A DNA stretch of 64,000 bases, taken from Desulfobacterales bacterium. GTDB lineage: Bacteria; Desulfobacterota; Desulfobacteria; Desulfobacterales; UBA5616. Positions 30,635 through 38,808 of this stretch are shown in pieces (the first letter of the stretch is position 1; each line of letters begins with the position of its first letter). Under the pieces are notes generated by a model that was given only the letters and a program-made list of their open reading frames with translations, did no database searches and was not told where the DNA came from. The translations under genes were made by a program, and so were the position numbers. Location of the stretch: positions 65,281 to 129,280 of the forward strand of contig JAWODC010000076.1 in assembly GCA_046483495.1 (NCBI GenBank), in the 5' to 3' direction.

Positions 30635-32602
30635 TCAGAAGATCAATGATATTCCCGCCATGCCGTTTATTCCGGCCATGGGATATCCCGGCCTGTATTC
30701 ATAATCAGCATCACTTAGGTTTTCTCCCGCGACGAAAAATTCACCGGTTACAAAACCATTCTGTATCGAAAATGCATAAGACAATTTCCCGTTTATGATA
30801 AGGTAATCATCCACCGACTGATCGTTGACGGCCCCGGTTCGGCGGGCTTGCGAGGCGACCCGCATATCATCGACGTACTGTACATCCACATTCAAAGTAC
30901 ACGGCTGCAGAAAATGCCAATTGAGACCGCCGCTGAACGTCTTATCCGGCGCGTAAGGCAGATCCGACGGATCGGCGTCTATGAAGCTCCCGCTGAAGAA
31001 CAGCGCAAGATCGGCAGTAGGACATACCTGAAAGGACATCTCGACACCCTTGGTTACATAATCTTCCACGTTTTCGAACACCGGCGGCACGGGGGGTGGG
31101 GGAATGATAACATATCTGTCTCTGCCGTCATTGTAAAAGAACGTCAGATCCGCCACTGCCGTTCTGCCGAAATCGTATGAAACACCGGCCTCGTAATGAT
31201 CCATGATTTCCGGCTCCAGTTCTTTCCAACTGTCACCGAGAGCGGTGATCACCTCTTCGGAAAGGACGACAACATCGAGCCCGGGGTATACCACTCCTCT
31301 GGCGTATCCCAGATGCCCCTGAAGCGCCCCGTATCCCATGATCAGACCGGCATGAGGGGACGATTCCTGATCGAAATCCGTATGTTCATAATAACGGACC
31401 CCTAAGGAAGGCAGCAAATAAAACCCGTTTTCAAAGGCAATTTTCCAGCTTACGGCAGCATGAGGAGAAACGGTAGTGAAATCATTTCCCTGCCAATGGT
31501 CGGTAGTGCCGTCGCTGAAAAACTTTTTGTAGTCGCCCTCGGTGTAATCCCAGTCAATCCCGCCCGTAATTTGTCCGCCGGTGCCGAAAACCAGGCTCTC
31601 TCGGATTTTAATGCCGTAGTATTCAAAATCATTTAACAAATCTTCAAAAACACCGGTAGTTTCGGTCGGCTGGTCCAGCCAGTCGCCTTCACCGGCATTT
31701 CGGTACAGTTTAATGCTTCCCCGCACCGTATCATGATCATGGGATATTGTGAGACTGGAGAGAAATGCCCGGGTTTCATACGTTCCTTCATTAACCGCAG
31801 GGACGGTGCCTTTCACGCCGGGATCCTCGGCGTAGTTGTCTGAATAGAGTCCGAAGAAAGAAGCATCCCAATAGTCGTTCAATCGATAGCCGAAGCGGCC
31901 GAAGACGTTTTGCATGCGTCCCTCAGCATGATCCCGATGACCATCCGACACCCGGTATGCGCCGCCGGCATAATAATCAAACCGGTCAATTCTTCCATCG
32001 GTTTCCGCTGTTGTCACATATGTATCGTAACTACCGGCCGCCAATTTGATTTTGGTACGGTATCCCCGGTCAATTCTACGCTTTGGAACGATGTTAATGG
32101 CTGCAAGGGCATTGCCGAAATGCTGCGGCTGCGGACTCTTATACACATCGATTGCGGCTGCCGGATCGATGGCCAACAGGTCGAGCAGCGGGTGGTTCCA
32201 GACGCTCATGTACATGGGAACGCCGTCGATAAACGTCTTTATTTCAGCTCCCGGACGGCTGGACCCCAAGCCCCGAATGAAAACGGCACCACCTTCGCCC
32301 CCGCCGAATGATCCTATGGGGTTATACCGGGATATGTTAACTCCCGGTGTTTTCCGCAAGGCCGTGCTGATGTCCATTGCATTCAGATTTTCGATCTGCT
32401 CCTCAGTCACCGTGGTTTTCTGGCCGGCATAACGATCCAGGATATTGCCTTGGATGATGGGCGTCGCTACGATATTCAAATCCTCAATTTCTTGAATGCA
32501 TGCGTCGCCGTTTACAGCATCCTCCGCCTCTAAAGGACACGCCACCGACACCCAAACCGTAATCGCCAGGATCGTCACCATAACACCTTTGCCGTAGCTC
32601 AT
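30635..32602 (-). CDS. TonB-dependent receptor
   Basis: Signal peptide, plug motifs LRKTPGV, IRGLG and IDGVP, beta-barrel strands, GENLSDADY and C-terminal Phe. Start at MSYGKG with GGGGG RBS. Confidence 0.93.
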   Translation of the reverse strand: MSYGKGVMVTILAITVWVSVACPLEAEDAVNGDACIQEIEDLNIVATPIIQGNILDRYAGQKTTVTEEQIENLNAMDISTALRKTPGVNISRYNPIGSFGGGEGGAVFIRGLGSSRPGAEIKTFIDGVPMYMSVWNHPLLDLLAIDPAAAIDVYKSPQPQHFGNALAAINIVPKRRIDRGYRTKIKLAAGSYDTYVTTAETDGRIDRFDYYAGGAYRVSDGHRDHAEGRMQNVFGRFGYRLNDYWDASFFGLYSDNYAEDPGVKGTVPAVNEGTYETRAFLSSLTISHDHDTVRGSIKLYRNAGEGDWLDQPTETTGVFEDLLNDFEYYGIKIRESLVFGTGGQITGGIDWDYTEGDYKKFFSDGTTDHWQGNDFTTVSPHAAVSWKIAFENGFYLLPSLGVRYYEHTDFDQESSPHAGLIMGYGALQGHLGYARGVVYPGLDVVVLSEEVITALGDSWKELEPEIMDHYEAGVSYDFGRTAVADLTFFYNDGRDRYVIIPPPPVPPVFENVEDYVTKGVEMSFQVCPTADLALFFSGSFIDADPSDLPYAPDKTFSGGLNWHFLQPCTLNVDVQYVDDMRVASQARRTGAVNDQSVDDYLIINGKLSYAFSIQNGFVTGEFFVAGENLSDADYEYRPGYPMAGINGMAGISLIF

Positions 32603-32642
32603 ATCATCCCCCTTTTTCTGCAATGTCCTATTCACCAAAAGC

Positions 32643-32694
32643 AAAAAGCCACGAGGCCCTGATTCTTTCAGGTACGAGCCTTCGTGGCTTTTTT
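32643..32694 (-). terminator. Leader intrinsic terminator/attenuator upstream of the TonB receptor
   Basis: Minus strand reads AAAAAAGCCACGAAGGC...GCCTCGTGGCTTTTT, ending about 40 nt before the start codon and downstream of a TTGACA at 32833-32828. Confidence 0.7.
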
Positions 32695-32867
32695 CCAGGT
32701 TTGTATCCGGAGTTGATTTATCTGAAATCTGAATGCTGCCGGAGCCTGTATCGACGTCCTTAGGCCTTTCCGGAGTAAACGATTTCTTATCGTTATTGAA
32801 TATGCATTTTCCATTAAAAGAAAACGATGTCAACAAAAATACGACAGATAAAATACAAGGATTTATA

Positions 32868-32896
32868 TTGACATAAAAAAGTTTTTTCTTTTAAAT
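32868..32896 (+). promoter_or_regulatory. sigma70-type promoter for the MaoC pair
   Basis: TTGACA-17 bp-TTAAAT. Confidence 0.55.
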
Positions 32897-32960
32897 GGCT
32901 GAGAGTAAAAAATACCCTTTCAACCCAAATCTATGCGTGTTTTTCAAAGGAGGATGAGTT

Positions 32961-33455
32961 ATGGCAGAAAAGATCGACATCAAGGACGAGTGGAAAGCAC
33001 AAATCGGCAAGGCGTCGCCGCCCTGGACAAATGAGGTGACCACCACCAGCGTCCGGGCTTTTGCGCGCGGCGTCGGGTATACCGATCCTGTTTATTTTGA
33101 CGTAGAAGCCGCAAAAGCTGCGGGATACCGCAACCTGCCGGCTCCTCCCTGCTATTTAGGCACCCCCGTATTTATTCCCGGAAAGTCCGATGACACCTTC
33201 AGCGGTCCCAAAGAAGGCGCCATTGATTTCCTCCAATTCGGTCTGCCGAACGTTCTGGACGGCGGGACCGAGGTTGAATATTTCGGCGATATCTGCGCCG
33301 GCGACACATTGACCGTGGTCAGAAAACTCGCCGGACTCGACGTGCGCGAAAGCAAGTCGTTAGGCCAGATGCTGATCATCAGTACAGAAGCCGAATATAC
33401 AAATCAAGACGGCAAATTGGTCATGATTGAACGTGGACAGGCGATCTTATACTAA
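32961..33455 (+). CDS. MaoC/FAS1-like hotdog dehydratase, N-terminal-type subunit
   Basis: FARGVGYTDPVYFD..AKAAGY..LPAPP and ICAGDTL motifs. AGGAGG RBS. Confidence 0.85.
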   Translation: MAEKIDIKDEWKAQIGKASPPWTNEVTTTSVRAFARGVGYTDPVYFDVEAAKAAGYRNLPAPPCYLGTPVFIPGKSDDTFSGPKEGAIDFLQFGLPNVLDGGTEVEYFGDICAGDTLTVVRKLAGLDVRESKSLGQMLIISTEAEYTNQDGKLVMIERGQAILY

Positions 33456-33467
33456 GGAGGTATCAAC

Positions 33468-33884
33468 ATGGCGGTTACATGGGAAAATATCAAAGAAGGC
33501 GATGCACTGCCTGAAATCAAAAAAACACCGGGCGTTACTCAATTGGTAAAATATGCGGCAGGCGGCGGGGATTTCAATCCCCTGCACCATGACTATAATT
33601 TCTTCCAATCGAAAGCCATCGGCTCCATTATCGTTCACGGCCGCTTCAAATGGTCTTCACTCGGGGAACTCGTATCCAACTGGCTTGGACATCAGGGCCG
33701 AATCAAGAAAGTTTCCTGCCAGTACCGGGGAATGGATTTCCCCGACCAGGAAATGACCATCAAAGGCGCCGTTGAAAAAAAATGGGAAGAAGGCGGCGAA
33801 AAACTGGTTGAAATCAATGTATGGACCGAGAATGCCCAGGGCAAGCAGACCACACCGGGGAAAGCAGTTGTCGCATTTAAATAG
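33468..33884 (+). CDS. MaoC-family (R)-specific enoyl-CoA hydratase, catalytic subunit
   Basis: Hydratase-2 motif YAAGGGDFNPLHHD..IIVHG. Confidence 0.88.
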   Translation: MAVTWENIKEGDALPEIKKTPGVTQLVKYAAGGGDFNPLHHDYNFFQSKAIGSIIVHGRFKWSSLGELVSNWLGHQGRIKKVSCQYRGMDFPDQEMTIKGAVEKKWEEGGEKLVEINVWTENAQGKQTTPGKAVVAFK

Positions 33885-34027
33885 TGCCCATCCATAAATG
33901 GCCCTTTCACGCGATTTCTGCGTTGGACGCAAAATCGAAATCCTCAAAATAGTACACTATTCCTGCGGTTTCTATCTTGCGTCCGCCTTGAACTCACGCA
34001 AAATTGCCTATTTCCGGATGGACACTA
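33882..34027 (-). repeat. 146-bp MITE/REP-like structured repeat, copy A
   Basis: Terminal inverted repeats TAGTGCCCATCC / GGATGGACACTA. Its first TAG is also the MaoC stop codon. Internal core is shared with copies B-D. Confidence 0.8.
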
Positions 34028-34029
34028 GA

Positions 34030-34176
34030 TAATGTCCATCCGGAAATGAAAAAATTCCATTCCGTTCAAGGCAGCCGGGAAATTTTAACCGCCTATATAC
34101 ATGCGTATTTTGAGAATTAAAATTTTCCGGCCAATGCCGAAATGGAGCCAATCAGCCATTTTTGGATGGGTACTGA
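34030..34176 (+). repeat. ~147-bp MITE/REP-like structured repeat, copy B (inverted relative to A)
   Basis: TAATGTCCATCCGGAAAT...TCAAGGC..AACCGC..ATAC..GTATTTTGAG..CCAATGCCGAAAT..GCCATTTTTGGATGGGTACTGA. Confidence 0.8.
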
Positions 34177-34195
34177 ATAACGGTTGTGCGAATAA

Positions 34196-34501
34196 TTAGT
34201 GCAACGGATTTCTATTCATTGCACACTCCGTTTCCCGCTTTTTTAAATTAACGAGTGTCGCCCCCCAGCCCCCGGCTTCCGGCGGTGCCGTCGTGAAGGA
34301 TGCCACAAGCGGGTGATTTTTCAGGATGGATTGCACTCTTTTTTTAAGGACGCCCCCGCCCTTTCCATGTATAATTCGGACCGAGAGAATATTTTTCCGG
34401 ACGCATTCCTCAAAATAATCATCCAACAGATCCGGAATTTCTCCGGGCACGAATGTGTGCAAATCCAAGGTATCGGTTATCGGTAGTCTGACCGGCCTCA
34501 T
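34196..34501 (-). CDS. Smr/MutS2 C-terminal domain protein
   Basis: LDLHTF, IIHGKGGGVL and GGWGAT motifs. Confidence 0.9.
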   Translation of the reverse strand: MRPVRLPITDTLDLHTFVPGEIPDLLDDYFEECVRKNILSVRIIHGKGGGVLKKRVQSILKNHPLVASFTTAPPEAGGWGATLVNLKKRETECAMNRNPLH

Positions 34502-34566
34502 ATGTTGCCTTGATTGAAGAAAGCACGAAATTCGATATTAAATCAAAAACTTATTTTCCGAAATAC

Positions 34567-34712
34567 TACAAGCTATCTCAAAATAAATATTTTGGTTCAA
34601 GATCAAGGCAAAATCGCATGGTAAGCCGCAGGCATACTCATGTATGTTGAGGACGTAACATGCGGTTCCAACGAAGATATTGGGACAAAAGATTATTTTA
34701 AGATAGCTTGTA
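34567..34712 (+). repeat. 146-bp MITE/REP-like structured repeat, copy C (different termini)
   Basis: Inverted repeats TACAAGCTATCTCAAAATAA / TTATTTTAAGATAGCTTGTA (19 of 20 match), with core TCAAGGC..CCGCAGGCATAC..GTATGTTGAGGA..CCAACGAAGAT. Confidence 0.78.
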
Positions 34713-34837
34713 AACAGTATTCATCCGAAAATATACCAAAAGCCTTAAACACTCAAAAGAATTCGGACTTGCACCGAAAAAAACGTAATCGTTAAAGATG
34801 TATTTTTGCCGATTCTTCAGACTTGGTATTCTCGATT

Positions 34838-35479
34838 ATGGATTCGATGTACTCACCTGCACATCTGCTGCTGGCGCCGATGGCCTACTTGCTCGGTTCT
34901 ATTCCATTTGGACTGATATTCAGCCGGCTGTTTTCCGGGAAGGACGTCCGAAAAACCGGCAGCGGTAATATCGGCGCCACCAATGTGGGACGCACCGCCG
35001 GCATTCTTCCGGGCATACTGACGCTTGTTGCGGATGCGGCAAAGGGAGCGTTTCCGGTATGGATTTCCTTAGCGGCCGGTTCAGGAAAGGAAGCAGGTAA
35101 TGAACTGCTCATCGGAATCGTCGCACTGGCCGCTTTCATCGGGCACCTGTATCCCTGTTTTTTGAAGTTTAAAGGGGGTAAGGGAGTGGCCACTGCAGGA
35201 GGATGCTTTTTGTTTATATCACCTATGGCCCTCCTTGCCGCGGTCGTGACCTTCGCGCTTGCCGTTTTCTTGACGAGGCGGGTATCCGTCGGCTCTCTGG
35301 CCGGAGCTTTGGTTCTGGCACCGGCGGTTGCCGTTATCGAGCATAGCGGAATTTCAGCGGTATTCGCCGGCCTGATCGCAATGTTCATTTTTATCCGGCA
35401 TCGGGAAAATATTCAACGGATCATTGATGGAAAAGAGCCGGTATTTTCGGTTGACGATCAAAAAATCAACCATAAATAA
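34838..35479 (+). CDS. plsY: Glycerol-3-phosphate acyltransferase PlsY
   Basis: YLLGSIP, GSGNIGATNV, D..KG, FKGGKGVAT and RHRENI motifs. Exact start uncertain. Confidence 0.95.
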   Translation: MDSMYSPAHLLLAPMAYLLGSIPFGLIFSRLFSGKDVRKTGSGNIGATNVGRTAGILPGILTLVADAAKGAFPVWISLAAGSGKEAGNELLIGIVALAAFIGHLYPCFLKFKGGKGVATAGGCFLFISPMALLAAVVTFALAVFLTRRVSVGSLAGALVLAPAVAVIEHSGISAVFAGLIAMFIFIRHRENIQRIIDGKEPVFSVDDQKINHK

Positions 35480-37176
35480 GTCAAGACACCCGCCAAAATG
35501 AAATGAGTATCGATTAAAAATTCGAGTCTGATACCGGGCATCAAAAATCCGCGCTCATGGGCAAACAGGACGACCAGCATAAGGGCAGGGCAAATCATAA
35601 GCAAGAAGCCCAAGCCCGTCACCCGGTCGAATGCCGCTGCAGCAAACAGCAACCCGCCGGCACCTGCCAATACGATCTTCAGCATCTTCATGGTCTTTTT
35701 TTCGCCCATTAGAATGGGTATGGTTTCCTTTCCCACGATTCTGTCGCCCTGCATATCGATAATGTCTGAAAACGCCGTCCTTACAAAAGCCATCGTCGTG
35801 GCCCATAAAAACGCAATTGCCGTCGCCCCTCGGTAATGGGCATCGACTGCCAATATGGGATAAATGGCGGTTACGATGCCCCATGCCATTGCGATGGCGA
35901 TGGTTTTTGATCCCGGAATATCCCGAATCCGAAAGTAACGGCCGAGCGTAAATGGTTTGGGGACCAATCGAATATTGTACGAAAATCCCATAAAACTCAT
36001 GACGAGAATCACCAGAAAAGGCAACAGGCCGTGGAAAAAGGAAACCACGAAACAAAGCATTCCGGCAATCACCGCCAAAACGGCAAGAGGAAAGCGGTAT
36101 TTTTTATAGTACAGCGCCCTGTCCGGGTCATTATAGTCATCGGACTTGCTGCCGGTGAGATGATTCATGGTGTGCATGGCCAGGATGTAGAGAACAGCGA
36201 CATACACAGCGGTAAGAGAGTCGGTGATGCGCTGAAGTTTCGATGCGGCGAAACACAGGCATCCGGCACCCACTGCAGCATAAATATTGGTCAACATCAA
36301 GAACCGCAGGATGTTGAATACAGATGATTTCACGAGCGACCGGGGCATTGTTTCAAGCGCTCTGTAGACCCGCTTGATGATCCAGTTCGGTGTAGAGGCG
36401 CCTGCGGTGAGGCCTACACGTCGCGCATTGGCGAATAAGACCGGATTCAAATCGGATTCCGTTTCTACATGAAAAGCCGGCTTTCCGGATTCCTTGGCAA
36501 TACCGGCGAGCCTTCGCGTGTTTCCACTTTCGAATCCGCCGACCACCACAAATACATCGACCTCCTTTGCCAAACGGCGGACTTCGTCCTGACGTTTTTC
36601 AGTGGAATCACAAATCGTATCGAACACCCTGTAATGGGGGTGCCGCTGTTGCACCCATCTTTTAATTTCCTCATAAAAACGGATGTTTTGCGTAGTCTGA
36701 GCTACGATAACGGCTTTTTCGAACGTTTCGAGTGCATCCAACTCACGAAAGCTCCCGGCCACGTATCCCTTTCCCCCGGCATATCCCCGCAACCCGATAA
36801 CCTCCGGATGCTCTTCGTCACCGATGATAATCGTTGCGTATCCCCTGGCGGCATGCTTCTCGATGATTCGCTGCACTTTAATAACCCGGGGGCAGGTCGC
36901 ATCGATTACGTGGTAACCGGCTTGCGTCAACTGTTCCTTTTTCTCAGGGGGAACCCCGTGAGCCCGTATGATGACCGTGCCGTGCCCTTGCGCAGGGACT
37001 TCATCCATCACCCGGATGTCTTTTTCCTCCAGAAGATCGAGAACTTGCGGATTGTGGATCAGGGGACCGAATGTGAAAATAGGAGGGGTATAACGAAGGG
37101 GAGCATCCAGTGCGACTTCAACGGCCCGCCGGACGCCCATGCAGAATCCTGCTGTTTTGGCCGGTATGATTTTCAC
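35458..37176 (-). CDS. ispH: IspH (HMBPP reductase) fused to a UbiA-like prenyltransferase domain
   Basis: AGFCMGV, HNPQV, DATCPRV, AQTT, DTICDST and TAGASTP motifs. The C-terminal half is multi-TM with DIIDMQGDRIVGKETIP (UbiA Asp-rich motif). Confidence 0.93.
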   Translation of the reverse strand: MKIIPAKTAGFCMGVRRAVEVALDAPLRYTPPIFTFGPLIHNPQVLDLLEEKDIRVMDEVPAQGHGTVIIRAHGVPPEKKEQLTQAGYHVIDATCPRVIKVQRIIEKHAARGYATIIIGDEEHPEVIGLRGYAGGKGYVAGSFRELDALETFEKAVIVAQTTQNIRFYEEIKRWVQQRHPHYRVFDTICDSTEKRQDEVRRLAKEVDVFVVVGGFESGNTRRLAGIAKESGKPAFHVETESDLNPVLFANARRVGLTAGASTPNWIIKRVYRALETMPRSLVKSSVFNILRFLMLTNIYAAVGAGCLCFAASKLQRITDSLTAVYVAVLYILAMHTMNHLTGSKSDDYNDPDRALYYKKYRFPLAVLAVIAGMLCFVVSFFHGLLPFLVILVMSFMGFSYNIRLVPKPFTLGRYFRIRDIPGSKTIAIAMAWGIVTAIYPILAVDAHYRGATAIAFLWATTMAFVRTAFSDIIDMQGDRIVGKETIPILMGEKKTMKMLKIVLAGAGGLLFAAAAFDRVTGLGFLLMICPALMLVVLFAHERGFLMPGIRLEFLIDTHFILAGVLTYLWLIF

Positions 37177-37191
37177 TTTCCCGCGCCCGGC

Positions 37192-37380
37192 CTATATTTT
37201 TTTTAAAAATACCTTGTGATCCACAAGGGACAGCGCGTGTATGACGGCGCTTATAAATTTCTGATTGCCGAAGATATCGACCAGCTTGAGGCCGTCATTC
37301 TCCGGTTCGATGACATCGACGGCCTTCATGACAAGTACCTGTTTTTCATTATCGATTAAATACGCGTTGGCTTCACACAT
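37192..37380 (-). CDS. cooT: CooT-family small Ni-binding protein
   Basis: MCEANAYL N-terminus, LVDIFG and LVDHKV; 62 aa. Confidence 0.85.
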   Translation of the reverse strand: MCEANAYLIDNEKQVLVMKAVDVIEPENDGLKLVDIFGNQKFISAVIHALSLVDHKVFLKKI

Positions 37381-37395
37381 ATGCTCACCTTTTCT

Positions 37396-37815
37396 TTATT
37401 CCATATATTTGCTTAAATTTTCATTCATCAACAAGTCGATCAGATGAGGCAGGGGGATGGATGGTGTTCCGATTATCTCTGTATTTTCCTGAGATAGTGG
37501 AATCAGGATCTTTCTGGCGGAGGTCGAGGATATCGCCTCGGCGATTTTCGGCGTCACCTCTCCCATCATGGCATTTGCCATAATGATGGAAACAGGCCCG
37601 ATGATCACGTCGACCTGGTTCACCATCACGACAATGGCGTTTTCTCCGGTGGCCCCCCTGTTCGCCCTGGCTTTCAACATTTGGGCTGTGGCGATAGCAT
37701 TTGTTCCAATAGCTATGATTTCAATGGATTCCCGGTAGGCGTCCTTGAGCCTCTTGATAACCGTACTGCCGATTCCACCGCCTTGACCGTCAATCACACA
37801 TATTCGTTTCATCAT
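37396..37815 (-). CDS. DUF3842-family protein
   Basis: VIDGQGGGIG, GTNAIAT, GATGENA and GEVTP..A pattern. Confidence 0.85.
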   Translation of the reverse strand: MMKRICVIDGQGGGIGSTVIKRLKDAYRESIEIIAIGTNAIATAQMLKARANRGATGENAIVVMVNQVDVIIGPVSIIMANAMMGEVTPKIAEAISSTSARKILIPLSQENTEIIGTPSIPLPHLIDLLMNENLSKYME

Positions 37816-37830
37816 GTTTGTTCGTTCCGG

Positions 37831-38763
37831 TTAACCCGGCTCTTGGGTGTTTCGAAAAATCCCCAGCAATCGGTCCAATTCATCATCGCTGTAATATTCG
37901 AATACGACTTTTCCGCGCTTCCCTGATCGTTGGATAAGGACCTTGGTGCCGAAATCCCGCGAAAGGTCTTCGGCTAGGTTTTGAAAGTAGATGTCATCCG
38001 ATGTCGGCTTGGATGCCGGAGACGGCGGATTGTCCGCTTCCTTTTTTAACAGATCGATCAACGCTTCCGTCTGCCTGACGGAAAGCCCCTTGTCCATAAC
38101 AGTACGCCATGCCGCCATCTGTTGAGCGGTATTTTTAGCGCCTAAAAGGGCCCGGGCGTGCCCCATAGTGAGCCGTCCATCGGTGATGCTGGCTTTAATA
38201 TCATCCGGCAGATTTCGCAATCGCAGAATATTGGCGATGGCGGAGCGGCTTTTCCCCAGCCGTTTGGACGCCTGGTCCTGGGTCATACCGAACTCGTTCA
38301 TCAGCCGGTGATATGCTTCGGCTTCTTCTATGGGATTCAGGTTCTCCCGTTGTATGTTTTCAATGATGGACAGCTCGAGCAGGCCCGTATCCGAAACCTC
38401 CTTTACGATCACCGGAATCGTGGAAAGCCCCGCCAGCTTTGCCGCCCGAAATCGGCGTTCACCGGCGATCAATTCGTAATTCGATCCGGCTTTTCTGACC
38501 AGCAGGGGCTGGAGTATCCCCTGCTCCGCTATGGACAGGCTCAGCTCTTCCAATTCTTCAGGCGAAAACCGTTCCCGCGGTTGGTACCGGTTGGGAATGA
38601 TTCGTTCCACAGCACATTCAAACATCGCCTTATTTGGGTCCTCATCCGTATCACCAAACATTTCCATATCGGGTATCAGCGCTTCGAGGCCCTTTCCCAA
38701 GGCCATTTTCTTTGCCTTTCCGGGTCTGGGACCGGCTTTTTTCGTCTCTTTTAGTTTTTTCAT
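37831..38763 (-). CDS. parB: ParB/Spo0J chromosome partitioning protein
   Basis: LGKGLEAL, NRYQPR, LIAGERRFRA and ENIQRENLNPIEEA motifs plus HTH. Confidence 0.96.
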   Translation of the reverse strand: MKKLKETKKAGPRPGKAKKMALGKGLEALIPDMEMFGDTDEDPNKAMFECAVERIIPNRYQPRERFSPEELEELSLSIAEQGILQPLLVRKAGSNYELIAGERRFRAAKLAGLSTIPVIVKEVSDTGLLELSIIENIQRENLNPIEEAEAYHRLMNEFGMTQDQASKRLGKSRSAIANILRLRNLPDDIKASITDGRLTMGHARALLGAKNTAQQMAAWRTVMDKGLSVRQTEALIDLLKKEADNPPSPASKPTSDDIYFQNLAEDLSRDFGTKVLIQRSGKRGKVVFEYYSDDELDRLLGIFRNTQEPG

Positions 38764-38808
38764 TTTTTAGGCACCGGCAGGTTTAGAATTTTAAGGCAGC
38801 GGATACAT

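Noticed and set aside
32605..32835. Cobalamin riboswitch ahead of the TonB receptor
   Set aside because: No GGGAA / GCCCCCGC / GCCACTG B12-element motifs were seen; only the attenuator is supported.
33882..34712. CRISPR array or integron cassette array
   Set aside because: No regularly spaced identical short repeats, no cas or intI gene, and the flanking genes are ordinary chromosomal genes.
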